Source: Patescibacteria group bacterium
Lineage (GTDB): Bacteria; Patescibacteriota; Patescibacteriia; Patescibacteriales; JBAZCA01
Assembly: GCA_041661405.1 (NCBI GenBank)
Contig: JBAZUL010000002.1
Coordinates: 3,715 to 67,714, forward strand
DNA: 64,000 nt
Direction: 5' to 3'
Below, piece after piece: positions 38,697-47,923 of the stretch. Each line of letters begins with the position of its first letter. Within the stretch, counting starts at the first letter, position 1. The notes under the pieces are model-generated. The model searched no databases and was not told the origin of the DNA. It saw only the letters and a list, made by a program, of their open reading frames with translations. The position numbers and the translations under genes are program-made.

Positions 38697-38800
38697 TAAA
38701 AGGCCCTCACCAGTTTTAACAGCTCCGAAGAGCCGTTTCCACGCGCAAACGTAAGACCTGATGAGGGCTTTGTAACACGTTTGCGCGCGGATATTAAATT
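38697..38800 (-). ncRNA. Putative pseudoknotted RNA motif
   Basis: 14-bp stem, 11-bp loop-to-3' pseudoknot stem and a cUUCGg hairpin; all mismatches read as G-U on the minus strand; promoter-like TTGCCC...TAAAAT upstream. Confidence 0.65.
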
Positions 38801-39052
38801 GTTATTAGTATTTTAACATAATTGCGGCAAAGGGCAAGCGGGCGGGATCAGCTATAGACAAATACCGGGAGTAAGGGTTTAGTTAAGGGTTTAGTTATTG
38901 ACTAATGAAGAGATAAAGAATAAGCTATATGGGTAATATATGAATATACCCAGCAAAACCAGAATAAATACATAATTCAATGGCCGGCTTTTTTGCCGGT
39001 TTTTTTTGTAAATTTAAGGGTTACGTTGCATGCTTGTCGTAACGCAAAAAAC

Positions 39053-39454
39053 ATGAAATTGCGTTACTTTGGTTTATTGTTTAGCGTTTTTTTGCTTACT
39101 GCTTGTACTGAAGCGAGTTTACCTCAAAGCCAGGTTCCAGCAGAGCAGAAACAGGTTGCTCCAGTTGAAGAAAGAGTTGAAGTAAAAGATAAGATCGTTG
39201 CTCCTGAAAAGGTTGAAGTTAAAAAGAAAGTAGAAGGGGTAAAAGTTGAAACAAAAAAAGAAATTCCGGCCGAGGTTCCGCTTTCAAACGATAATACTTA
39301 TATCAATTCCGCCGGCAACGAAGTCCATTCCCCAGCTTTTGCGCCATCAATCCCAGCGGGAGCATCCGCCAAGTGCCGGGACGGAAGTTATAGTTTCAGC
39401 CAATCCAGACGCGGCACTTGCTCGCATCACGGCGGGGTAGCGGAGTGGTATTAA
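39053..39454 (+). CDS. DUF3761-domain lipoprotein
   Basis: Lipobox 'LTAC'; 'AKCRDGSYSFSQSRRGTCSHHGGV'. Confidence 0.88.
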   Translation: MKLRYFGLLFSVFLLTACTEASLPQSQVPAEQKQVAPVEERVEVKDKIVAPEKVEVKKKVEGVKVETKKEIPAEVPLSNDNTYINSAGNEVHSPAFAPSIPAGASAKCRDGSYSFSQSRRGTCSHHGGVAEWY

Positions 39455-39469
39455 ATATAACTAATATAT

Positions 39470-40498
39470 ATGGACAAAATTACTCTAGAAAATGTTTTTG
39501 AAGTAGACGTTCCAAAATTGGCTTTAGATAGTCGTTTTGGAAGCTTAATATTTGAAGATGCAAGCAAAAAACTTTTGAAGTCACAAATCTTATTAAAAGA
39601 AGCAACGGATTTAAATTATATACAACTTTTGCCTCCGGCTGATGTAAAATTAGTTAAGGATTATTTAATTAAATTAACTGAACATTTAGAGTGGCTAAGA
39701 CAATTTGATATCGGTTCTGTTGCTAATGCCAAACAAGAACATGACAATTTCAATGGGCGCGTAGAGAGCTTTTATAATAATATTTATTCTCAAGTTTTTA
39801 TGAGGTTATTGCCGTTTTTACGAGAAGAACGACGGCGAGAAAGGCCTGATCAAAAGCAACTTGATGAAGAAATAACCAAGGTAGTTCAAATTAGAGCTGA
39901 TCTTGAAAATGAGTTAAAAATCATAAAAGAAGAAACCCAAAAAATTAGAACCGCAGATAAAAAGGTGGTTTCGGCAAAAGGTGAGCGGGCTGCGGTGCGC
40001 ATGGCAGTCCATTTTGATGGGGAAGTAGACAGATATGAAGGATTATCCCGACGCTGGTTTATTGGAGTGATTATTGGTTATTTATTTGTACTTGGCGTAT
40101 TAATTTGGCTGGGAGTAGTTACTACTACGTTTGTGAGTAAAATAGTTACAATGCCTGAAATATTTAATAAAAACGCGATATGGAACGCTTTGATTTCAAA
40201 ACTAGTAATTCTCGCCGCCCTTTGGTATGGACTTTCGTTTATAGTAAAAAACTATAACGTTAATTCCCAGCTCGCTGCAGTTAATCGCCATCGAGCAGCG
40301 GTTGCAAAAACTCTTGAAGATTTTGTTGCCGTAGAACAAAAACAAGATAAACCTCGCCTCTCTGAGATCTTGCAAAATGCTACTGATGCAATGTTTAAGC
40401 ATGTATTAATCGGCTTCGTTTCTAAAACCGAGAAGGAAAATAGTAATCCCGTATTACAGATTGTTAATGATCTTATGGGCGTACGCAATCATAATTAA
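39470..40498 (+). CDS. Hypothetical coiled-coil protein with two TM helices
   Basis: Heptad-rich middle region, two hydrophobic helices, 'NRHRA' motif; AT-rich. Confidence 0.65.
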   Translation: MDKITLENVFEVDVPKLALDSRFGSLIFEDASKKLLKSQILLKEATDLNYIQLLPPADVKLVKDYLIKLTEHLEWLRQFDIGSVANAKQEHDNFNGRVESFYNNIYSQVFMRLLPFLREERRRERPDQKQLDEEITKVVQIRADLENELKIIKEETQKIRTADKKVVSAKGERAAVRMAVHFDGEVDRYEGLSRRWFIGVIIGYLFVLGVLIWLGVVTTTFVSKIVTMPEIFNKNAIWNALISKLVILAALWYGLSFIVKNYNVNSQLAAVNRHRAAVAKTLEDFVAVEQKQDKPRLSEILQNATDAMFKHVLIGFVSKTEKENSNPVLQIVNDLMGVRNHN

Positions 40499-40595
40499 TT
40501 AAAGTTTTGAGAGCGGAAAAAAGTTATGCAAAAAAGAATACGAAATTTTACTTCCTCTCAATTCTCAGTTCATAAAATTTCCGGTAAGTAAAATT

Positions 40596-40835
40596 ATGTA
40601 CTACCTCTATATCCTCCAATGTTCGGATAAAACTTTATATACCGGGATTACGACCGATCTCAACCGGAGAATAGGGGAGCATAACAGCGGAAGTAGAGGG
40701 GCCAAATATACGAGAGCCCGGCGGCCGGTTAAGCTCGTATATTCCCGGAAGTTTAAAAGCCGGGCGTTGGCGCAGGCGGCCGAATACAGGATAAAGAAAC
40801 TATCCCGGGCGGAAAAAATGGCAATGATAAAGTAA
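40596..40835 (+). CDS. GIY-YIG nuclease family protein (UPF0213-like)
   Basis: 'YLYILQC.DKTLYTGITTD', 'GAKYTR', 'EYRIKKL'. Confidence 0.92.
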   Translation: MYYLYILQCSDKTLYTGITTDLNRRIGEHNSGSRGAKYTRARRPVKLVYSRKFKSRALAQAAEYRIKKLSRAEKMAMIK

Positions 40836-40880
40836 AGTTATGATTCGCTCGCCAGCTCCATTTTAAATATTCTCCAAAAA

Positions 40881-41717
40881 ATGCTAAAATATAGTAAAAT
40901 GAAAATAGAATTTAAAAATATTGATAAGTTGACTGACAACGTGGCAGTTGGAGCAATAATAGATTTGTCCGGCGTGGATTTTATGGATCCGTGGGCGGTA
41001 GTTTGGGTCTGTTTGAAACTGGTTAATAATCACGGTCTTGAGGATAAGGCGGTAAAACTGCCGGTTAATAACGATCTATTGTGTTATTTAAAAAGAATAC
41101 ATTTTGGCAGTTTTTTGTCCGAATTGGGATACGCGGAAGAGTCAGGGCGGTTAAAGAATTTGATAATGCCGGAAAGGGAAAACATAAATGTTCAGGAATT
41201 GGTACACTGTAATTATAGGGATGAGTTTGACGGAAGACTGGGAAGATTTATTCAGATGTTTGGGAATTTTGGATTAAATTCCGGCGATGCCACCTTGGCA
41301 GCCACTTTAGTGGGCGAACTAGGCAATAATTCCTTTGACCATAATTTGGGCAGCTGGCCGACCGATATCAGCGGCAACATAATAATTGCGCAAAATTACC
41401 CCAAACTAAAAAAAATTCAAATTGTCGTAGGCGATCCGGGCGTTGGCTTTTTGGGGTCAATGAGGCCGGCTTTTCCGGAACTTAGCTCGGATTTAGAAGC
41501 CATAGAAAAGGGCTTAAGCGGTTTCACCGGCCGAATTGATGAAAGAAGGGGCAACGGGTTGCGGCTTATTCAGGAGTGGACAATCAAAAATTTTTATGGC
41601 ACACTATCTATCCAGTCCGGAACAGGCTTAATTAACGTAAGCGCGAAAGGAATGAAAAAGACGGAAGTAAAGCCGATTTTAGGCACAATGGCTCAATTAA
41701 TGATAGAATATAGGTAA
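40881..41717 (+). CDS. Histidine-kinase-like ATPase (GHKL) domain protein; start may be 40899
   Basis: 'ELGNNSFDH', 'DPGVG', 'RGNGL' N/G1/G2 boxes. Confidence 0.75.
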   Translation: MLKYSKMKIEFKNIDKLTDNVAVGAIIDLSGVDFMDPWAVVWVCLKLVNNHGLEDKAVKLPVNNDLLCYLKRIHFGSFLSELGYAEESGRLKNLIMPERENINVQELVHCNYRDEFDGRLGRFIQMFGNFGLNSGDATLAATLVGELGNNSFDHNLGSWPTDISGNIIIAQNYPKLKKIQIVVGDPGVGFLGSMRPAFPELSSDLEAIEKGLSGFTGRIDERRGNGLRLIQEWTIKNFYGTLSIQSGTGLINVSAKGMKKTEVKPILGTMAQLMIEYR

Positions 41718-41722
41718 CAAAT

Positions 41723-41992
41723 ATGACTATTCAAATGATAAAATTCGGAGAGATTCTAAACAGCAGAACTGCCGCCCGGGAGGCGGTTTTACGCGTTAAA
41801 CAAATAGTAAATGGTTCGCCGGAAGATATAATTTTAGATTTTTCCAAAGTTACGCTTTTAACGCCGTCTTTCGCTGATGAAATTATAAAAGGCATTAAAG
41901 AATATTATCCCGATAAAAAAATCACTTACAGCGGCACTGAACACAATGAAGCATTGGTTAGCACTCTAAAAGGAATTGGAGCAATCTATTGA
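41723..41992 (+). CDS. STAS-like (DUF4325) protein
   Basis: 'LDFSKV..LTPSFADE'; paired with the GHKL ATPase. Confidence 0.85.
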   Translation: MTIQMIKFGEILNSRTAAREAVLRVKQIVNGSPEDIILDFSKVTLLTPSFADEIIKGIKEYYPDKKITYSGTEHNEALVSTLKGIGAIY

Positions 41993-42224
41993 AAGGACAG
42001 TGTGTGTATTTGACAAAAAAATAAATTTGTGCTATTGTTAGGCCTTAATTATACGCCGTGCTTTAAACGGTTAAACACCCCATAAATAAGGGGCTCTCCT
42101 TTAAAAAGGGGGTAGCCCGGCATACGCCGGGTAGAGACTCGGACTTGTTTTGTCATTAGGATTTCCATCTGCTGGTGGTATTGGTGACTTACTAAAGGTA
42201 CTCGGGTCACCAATAATTCTAAAT

Positions 42225-43829
42225 ATGATAAAAACACAAACAGAAGCTTTGAGCTTCTCGGGTCTTGGCATAGCGCCGAGGCTTTTAGACATTTTAACGC
42301 AGTTAAATTATACCACTCCGACGCCGATCCAGGTGCAATCCATTCCGACGAGCCTTGAAGGGAAAGATTTAGTCGGCATCGCCCAGACCGGAACCGGGAA
42401 AACTTTGGCTTTCGGCATTCCGATGCTGCAGCTTTTAGCTACTAACAAAGGCAAAGGACTCGTAGTTTTACCGACCCGGGAACTGGCTTTGCAGGTGGAT
42501 GAAAGCCTTCGGGTTATCGGTAATAAAATCGGTTTGCGGACCGCGGTTTTAATCGGCGGAGAAGCCATGGGTCGGCAGTTATTCGCTTTAAGGCGCAACC
42601 CGCACATTATCGTCGCGACGCCAGGACGGCTCGCTGATCACGCCAAGCGGGGAACGGTTAAATTGAATGACGTGAAAATTTTAGTTTTGGACGAAGCGGA
42701 CATGATGCTGGATATGGGATTTTTGCCGCAGATCAAGGAAATTTTAAAACTCGTGCCTAAGAACAGGCAAACCATGCTTTTTTCCGCTACCATGCCGAAC
42801 CAGATCATGAAAATCGCCGCCGAATACATGGCTCTGCCGATTCGGATTGAAGTGGCGCCGGCCGGGACAGCCGCGGAAAACGTGGAACATGAAATTATCG
42901 TCATTGACCGGGATTCAAAATTCCCGCAATTAAAAAAAATACTGGAAGAAACCAAAGGCTCGGTTTTGATGTTCTGCCGGACCAAGCATAGCGTAAAAAA
43001 TTTAACCCAGAAAATCCGCTTGGCCGGATTCAGCGCGACGGAAATCCATTCCAACCGTTCCTTAGTCCAACGGCGGGCGGCCTTAAACGGCTTTAAGCTC
43101 GGGCAATTCCGGGTATTGGTGGCGACTGATATAGCGGCTCGGGGAATTGATGTTAAAGGTATTGAGCTGGTTATAAACTATGACCTGCCGGAGAATTCGG
43201 AAGACTACGTCCATCGCATCGGCCGGACCGGGCGGGCGGGTCAAAGCGGCAAAGCGATTTCTTTTGCCTTGCCAAGCCAGATGCGGGATATCCGGGCGAT
43301 TGAAAGATTAATTAAAAAGACTTTGAATATTACCAGGCCGAATGGGGAAGCTCTTGATCCGGCCAGCATGAAGCAGGCTTTTGCCCGAGCCACTTTAGAA
43401 AAGTATGTAGAAGGAAAAGCCCGGAGAACAGGCAGGGGCGGCGCCCGGCCGGCGAGATTCGCGGAGAGAAATGTCGGCGGCGTAAAGCACAGGATAGATT
43501 CGCATACCAATTCAAGGATGTATCATAGCCCGAAAAAAGAGGCAGGCGGGCAAAAGCCTTACGAGGAGCAGGGAAAACGGGTAAAAAGTTATAGCAGGCC
43601 GGGTTCAAGTTTCGGGTCTAAACCTGGTAATAATTTTGGTAGTAAGTTTGCCAAGCCGGGAGGCAAGCCGGGCGGATTTGGCCGGCGGTTTAATGACAGC
43701 GATAATGTTACCAATTCTTATAGCGACGTGGAAAATTCGCCGGATCGCTATAATCCGCATAATCGTCCGAAGAGAAAACCCGCCAGCCGCGGTTTCAGCA
43801 AATGGGGAATGAGAAAGAAAAAATACTAA
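42225..43829 (+). CDS. DEAD-box RNA helicase (RhlE/DeaD-like)
   Basis: 'AQTGTGKT', 'PTRELA', 'DEAD', 'SAT', 'HRIGRTGR'; basic low-complexity tail; start taken at ATG 42225. Confidence 0.95.
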   Translation: MIKTQTEALSFSGLGIAPRLLDILTQLNYTTPTPIQVQSIPTSLEGKDLVGIAQTGTGKTLAFGIPMLQLLATNKGKGLVVLPTRELALQVDESLRVIGNKIGLRTAVLIGGEAMGRQLFALRRNPHIIVATPGRLADHAKRGTVKLNDVKILVLDEADMMLDMGFLPQIKEILKLVPKNRQTMLFSATMPNQIMKIAAEYMALPIRIEVAPAGTAAENVEHEIIVIDRDSKFPQLKKILEETKGSVLMFCRTKHSVKNLTQKIRLAGFSATEIHSNRSLVQRRAALNGFKLGQFRVLVATDIAARGIDVKGIELVINYDLPENSEDYVHRIGRTGRAGQSGKAISFALPSQMRDIRAIERLIKKTLNITRPNGEALDPASMKQAFARATLEKYVEGKARRTGRGGARPARFAERNVGGVKHRIDSHTNSRMYHSPKKEAGGQKPYEEQGKRVKSYSRPGSSFGSKPGNNFGSKFAKPGGKPGGFGRRFNDSDNVTNSYSDVENSPDRYNPHNRPKRKPASRGFSKWGMRKKKY

Positions 43830-43844
43830 AAATTGAGCCAAAAT

Positions 43845-43876
43845 AAAACATCCCGCCTCTTTGGCGGGATGTTTTT
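43845..43876. terminator. Bidirectional terminator
   Basis: aaaacatcccgcc-tcttt-ggcgggatgttttt between the helicase and csp genes. Confidence 0.8.
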
Positions 43877-43894
43877 ATGTGATGCAAAAAAGTG

Positions 43895-44089
43895 TTAAAC
43901 TTTTTGTACATTGACGGCGGCGTTGCCTTTCGGAGTTTTTTCAATCTCGAAAGTAACCGCGTCGCCTTCCCGGAGCTGGTTGAATTCAACACCGGACAAG
44001 TTGTTGGCGTGGAAGAATAAATCGTCTCCGCCATCCTGAGCGATAAAACCGAAGTTTTTATCAGTCAGTTTTTTGATAGTTCCTTGCAT
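43895..44089 (-). CDS. Cold-shock protein (CspA family)
   Basis: RNP1 'NFGFI', RNP2 'LFFH', 'KGNAAVNV'; start taken at ATG 44089. Confidence 0.95.
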   Translation of the reverse strand: MQGTIKKLTDKNFGFIAQDGGDDLFFHANNLSGVEFNQLREGDAVTFEIEKTPKGNAAVNVQKV

Positions 44090-44443
44090 GTGAATGTAAA
44101 GATAGAGTTTATTAATCAAATACTATGAAGTAGAAATTCGACTTTATCTCTACACTCAAAATATTCGTCACCCCGGGTCGCTTTGGGCGGTTTGCGGGGC
44201 GGATAGTAATTAAACTAACTCTTTGAGACTAACACAAAGAAAAATTTTTGTCAATTGACTTTTCCAGCATTTAGAGTATACTTCCAGTATTAGTGAGTAG
44301 CGGGAAAAATGGTTGCTATTTGGGATTCCCGGAGAATTTTATCAGAAAAGGCTAGCAGGCAACTCATGTTATTCGGGTTGCTTTTTTATTTATAATGGCG
44401 GGATGGCAGTAAAAGGGTTTTTATCGCCCTCCCAAACGAATAT

Positions 44444-44662
44444 ATGATTACAAAAGAAGAATTCTTAAATGAACATAACAAACTATCGCCAATAAATTTA
44501 AAGGCTACGATGGATATGCTTACCCGTTTCAGAGAAGAAAAACCGGCCCTTTTTAAGGGCAAAGACTGGCCGATTGATAAAATCCGGCGGCCGTTTATTT
44601 TCTGGCTTACCTCGCTTTCCAGGGTGAAAAAAGAAGAAATATACAACTGCGGGAAAAAATAA
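44444..44662 (+). CDS. Small hypothetical protein
   Basis: ORF with an upstream promoter-like sequence and a downstream terminator. Confidence 0.6.
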   Translation: MITKEEFLNEHNKLSPINLKATMDMLTRFREEKPALFKGKDWPIDKIRRPFIFWLTSLSRVKKEEIYNCGKK

Positions 44663-44786
44663 GAAAGTTTCGTTTGTTTCGGAGTTGGCTTGGCCTGATA
44701 AACAATTTTAACCGCTAAATCCCCTAATCGGGGATTTTTTGTTTTCCCGGACTGGAAACCTGAATTAATCGTGCTACAATTGGAGT

Positions 44787-45926
44787 ATGGAAAAATATCC
44801 CAAACACCTGATTATAATTTCCGCCTTGCTGGCTTTGGCCGGCGTTTTGGCGGTTTTAGTATTTTACCAATTCCCGGGAGGCGGCCGTTCGGAAAGTCCG
44901 GAAAGGAAACAAGCTGAACTCAGTACTGCCGGCGGGGACGGAGAGGAGCCGCAAATTGCCGAAGAAGTTGACAAAGCCGTTGAAGAAGAATTGCCGGAAA
45001 AGGCGAGCCTGGTTTTTGTTGGCGATATCATGCTTGATAGAAATGTTTACCTTAAAGCTAGGGCTAAGGGCGATTACGGTTTTGCTTTTAAAAAAGCCGG
45101 GTCGATTTTTTCCGGAGCGGATTTTCCCATTGCCAACCTTGAAGGGCCGATAACGGACAATAAGTCCGTCAGTCTGGAAAAAGACCGGATGGTTTTTACT
45201 TTTTCGCCCGAATACCTGCCGGTTTTAAAAAAATATTTCAGCGCTTTCAGCCTGGCCAATAACCATACCCTGAACTTCGGGCAAAAAGGGCTCGCGACCA
45301 GCCGCCAATATCTAGAGGAGTCAGGGATGGAATATTTTGGTGATCCGAGTAATGACGAAGAAAACCTCTCTACTGTAATTGAAAAAAACGGCTTTAAAAT
45401 CGGGCTGGCGGGCTATCACAGCCTCTACCGCGACGAGCCGGAAAAAATTGTCAGGGAAATTGAAAAACTCAGGCCGAATTGCGACCTGGTCGTTATCTTT
45501 CCTCACTGGGGCATAGAGTACGCGAGAAAGCCTTCTAAGACTCAGGCGAATGACGCGCGCAAATTTATTGACGCCGGGGCGGATTTAATTATCGGTACGC
45601 ACCCGCACGTAATTCAGACGGTTGAAGTTTACAAAGGCAAGTATGTTTTTTACAGCCTGGGAAATTTTATTTTTGACCAGTATTTTTCCAAAGAAACCAT
45701 GGAGGGCCTCGCGATCAGACTGGATCTCATAAGAACGGGCGGGGAGCTAAAAATGTACTATCGGATCCTTCCTGTCACTATCAGTAAGGAAAGTCAGGCG
45801 GAATTGGCCGGCGAAGAAAGGAGAAGGGAAACTTTAGACTGGCTGGCGGCTAATTCGGAAGTAAGCGAAACAGTCAGGGAGGAAATAAAAACCGGCGCGC
45901 TCAAAGGGGAGCTTTCGGTTAATTGA
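44787..45926 (+). CDS. CapA family (poly-gamma-glutamate synthesis-like) metallophosphoesterase
   Basis: 'VGDIML', 'ANLEG', 'LANNH', 'PHWG', 'GTHPH', 'YSLGNF'. Confidence 0.92.
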   Translation: MEKYPKHLIIISALLALAGVLAVLVFYQFPGGGRSESPERKQAELSTAGGDGEEPQIAEEVDKAVEEELPEKASLVFVGDIMLDRNVYLKARAKGDYGFAFKKAGSIFSGADFPIANLEGPITDNKSVSLEKDRMVFTFSPEYLPVLKKYFSAFSLANNHTLNFGQKGLATSRQYLEESGMEYFGDPSNDEENLSTVIEKNGFKIGLAGYHSLYRDEPEKIVREIEKLRPNCDLVVIFPHWGIEYARKPSKTQANDARKFIDAGADLIIGTHPHVIQTVEVYKGKYVFYSLGNFIFDQYFSKETMEGLAIRLDLIRTGGELKMYYRILPVTISKESQAELAGEERRRETLDWLAANSEVSETVREEIKTGALKGELSVN

Positions 45927-45956
45927 TTAAATCTCGTCTTCGCGGCTGAATGGTTT

Positions 45957-46133
45957 TTAGTTTTTCGCGAAGCCCCATTTTCTCGCGCCTCTGGCAGAGA
46001 TAAAAAGAAAAGCGAAAAAGTAGAGAAGCGCCAGTTCGCCCTGATTAACGATAGGGAGGAAGTTGAGCGGAAGATGCGCGCTAATATAAGCGTAAGCTAT
46101 CTCTATCGCGGCAATCGCGGCGAGAGCGCGGGT
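45957..46133 (-). pseudogene. 5'-truncated DoxX-family membrane protein remnant
   Basis: Minus frame TRALAAIAAIEIAYAYISAHLPLNFLPIVNQGELALLYFFAFLFISARGARKWGFAKN*, with no convincing start or N-terminal half. Confidence 0.65.
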
Positions 46134-46169
46134 ATGGCTTCTATCGGAGCCGCCAATATGAATAAAAAT

Positions 46170-46204
46170 AAAGAGCGACTGCTTTTTTAAGAGTCGCTCT
46201 TTTT
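46170..46204 (-). terminator. Intrinsic terminator after prs
   Basis: aaagagcgact...agtcgctcttt hairpin. Confidence 0.65.
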
Positions 46205-46213
46205 CCTTTTAGT

Positions 46214-46259
46214 CCTCACCCCAACCCCTCTCCATTAACCGATGTTTATAGAGAGGGGT
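46214..46259. repeat. REP-like palindrome
   Basis: cctcaccccaacccctctc...gagagggg. Confidence 0.5.
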
Positions 46260-46273
46260 GCTAAAGAATGAGT

Positions 46274-47146
46274 TTAATCAAGCAGATTCCAGCTTATGAG
46301 TCCGCTTATGTCAATATTGGCTTGTTTATTCTTAATTGTGTTGGTGAGATAAAGGCCGTCGTATTTTTCGGCGATGCGTTTTATGCCTTTTTTTAAGACT
46401 CCGTGAGTAATAAGCGCGGAAACTTTTTTCGCGCCGCGCGACTTACATTCATCGTAGAATTTGGTCATTGTTCCGCCGGTTTCTAAAAGATCGTCAATAA
46501 CACCGATGTCTTTGTCGTTAACGGTTTCGGAGAGCCAGTCAGCGCTTTTTTCTTTCATCCGGGTTTCAAATGAATTCAGTCTTTCTTTTTCCACGCCCGC
46601 GATTCCGGTCCGTCTTTGCGATCCCATGTCCGGGGTGATAAAAACCATGTCCGGATTATCTTTTAAGGCCGCTTGTTTTAAAATTTCAACAGCGCTCAGG
46701 TTTTTAATCGGATAATTATTCGTAAAATCTCTACCCCAGAAATGGGCGTCCACTGTCCAAATTTTTTGAACAGCATAATAATGAACCAATTCCTTTAAAA
46801 TATTTTCAGCCGCGTTAATCGCGCCGTCCTGATCAGCGTGATCCTGCATGCCATAAGCAAAGTAGCTGAAAAACACTTCCGGTTGGATATGGTTTTCTTT
46901 TAAGATTTCCAAAACCATTTTCAGCTCCACGAGTCCGTCGTTCGGCCGGGGCATGCCGGAGTGGAGGACTATTGTCTTTCCTTCTAAGGTTTTTATATCG
47001 GGCAGACGGGCGTAAATTTCGCCGTCCGGAAAATATTGCTTCTTATCCTTGTTTTTCCCGACAAAAAAAACTTTAAAATTTTTCTTATCTTTTTTTAAAG
47101 ACTTTCCCAGGTGTTCGGCCTGGGAGGTGGTGATAATATTTACCAT
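46274..47146 (-). CDS. prs: Ribose-phosphate pyrophosphokinase
   Basis: 'FPDGE', 'YGMQD', 'VDAH', 'PDMG', PRPP-binding 'VIDDLLETGGT'. Confidence 0.85.
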   Translation of the reverse strand: MVNIITTSQAEHLGKSLKKDKKNFKVFFVGKNKDKKQYFPDGEIYARLPDIKTLEGKTIVLHSGMPRPNDGLVELKMVLEILKENHIQPEVFFSYFAYGMQDHADQDGAINAAENILKELVHYYAVQKIWTVDAHFWGRDFTNNYPIKNLSAVEILKQAALKDNPDMVFITPDMGSQRRTGIAGVEKERLNSFETRMKEKSADWLSETVNDKDIGVIDDLLETGGTMTKFYDECKSRGAKKVSALITHGVLKKGIKRIAEKYDGLYLTNTIKNKQANIDISGLISWNLLD

Positions 47147-47148
47147 AT

Positions 47149-47796
47149 TTAGGCTTTAAATGATCTTAGTTTTTCAATGGCTTTAATCCGGTCTTTGGAC
47201 TTAAAAATATAGGATCCGGCGACAATATTATTGGCTCCGGCTTTGATAGCCAGAGGGGCGGTAATATTATCCATTCCGCCGTCAATTTTAATTTCAATAT
47301 CAGGAAATTTTTTCCTTAAGTAAGTCGCCTTAGAGAGTTCTTTGGCCATGAATTTTTGCCCGCCAAAACCGGGAGTAACCGTCATGATGACATAATAGTC
47401 CGCCAAACCAAAGTAAGGGAACAATTCTTCAACCGGGGTTTTCGGGCTGATGGCTACCCCGGCCGGTTTGCCAAATTTTTTAGTAGTTTCAAGGCTGAGT
47501 TTAGTCATTTCTTCTCCGAGTTCTACGTGGGTGGCAATCCGAGCCGCTCCGGATTCTATGAAATGGTGGATATGCTTGGCCGGATTTTCTATCATTAAAT
47601 GGCAATCAAGGGGCAGTTTGGATTTGATGCAATTTAAAATTGTATAGCCGAAAGTGATGTTCGGGACAAAATGGCCGTCCATGACATCAACATGGAGATA
47701 ATCGGCGTAATCTTCAACCGATTTGATTTCCTCATTTAAGCGGCCAAAATCGGCCGCTAAGATGGACGGAGAGATTTTTATTCGCTGTTTTGGCAT
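47149..47796 (-). CDS. rpe: Ribulose-phosphate 3-epimerase
   Basis: 'SPSILAADF', 'HVDVMDGHFVPN', 'PGFGGQKF', 'DGG'. Confidence 0.96.
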   Translation of the reverse strand: MPKQRIKISPSILAADFGRLNEEIKSVEDYADYLHVDVMDGHFVPNITFGYTILNCIKSKLPLDCHLMIENPAKHIHHFIESGAARIATHVELGEEMTKLSLETTKKFGKPAGVAISPKTPVEELFPYFGLADYYVIMTVTPGFGGQKFMAKELSKATYLRKKFPDIEIKIDGGMDNITAPLAIKAGANNIVAGSYIFKSKDRIKAIEKLRSFKA

Positions 47797-47923
47797 TTGA
47801 GAGTTTATTATTATTATATTGAAACAATATCACAACGCGCGCCTGAATTCAAGGCGCGAGGCATTTACAAATGGCGAATAAATAGGGTAATATGGAGTTA
47901 AGATAATAACTAATACTAAAATT

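Noticed and set aside
38755-38790. CTGATGAG on the plus strand as a hammerhead ribozyme core
   Set aside because: No stem II followed by GAAA; wobble pairs and the UUCG loop point to the minus strand as the functional one
38872-38895. 12-bp tandem duplication taagggtttagt x2
   Set aside because: Only two copies with no supporting context; probably a local slippage event
42150-42224. N-terminal extension of the DEAD-box helicase
   Set aside because: Falls in the hairpin-rich leader; ATG 42225 has the AT-rich context typical of this genome and precedes the Q motif
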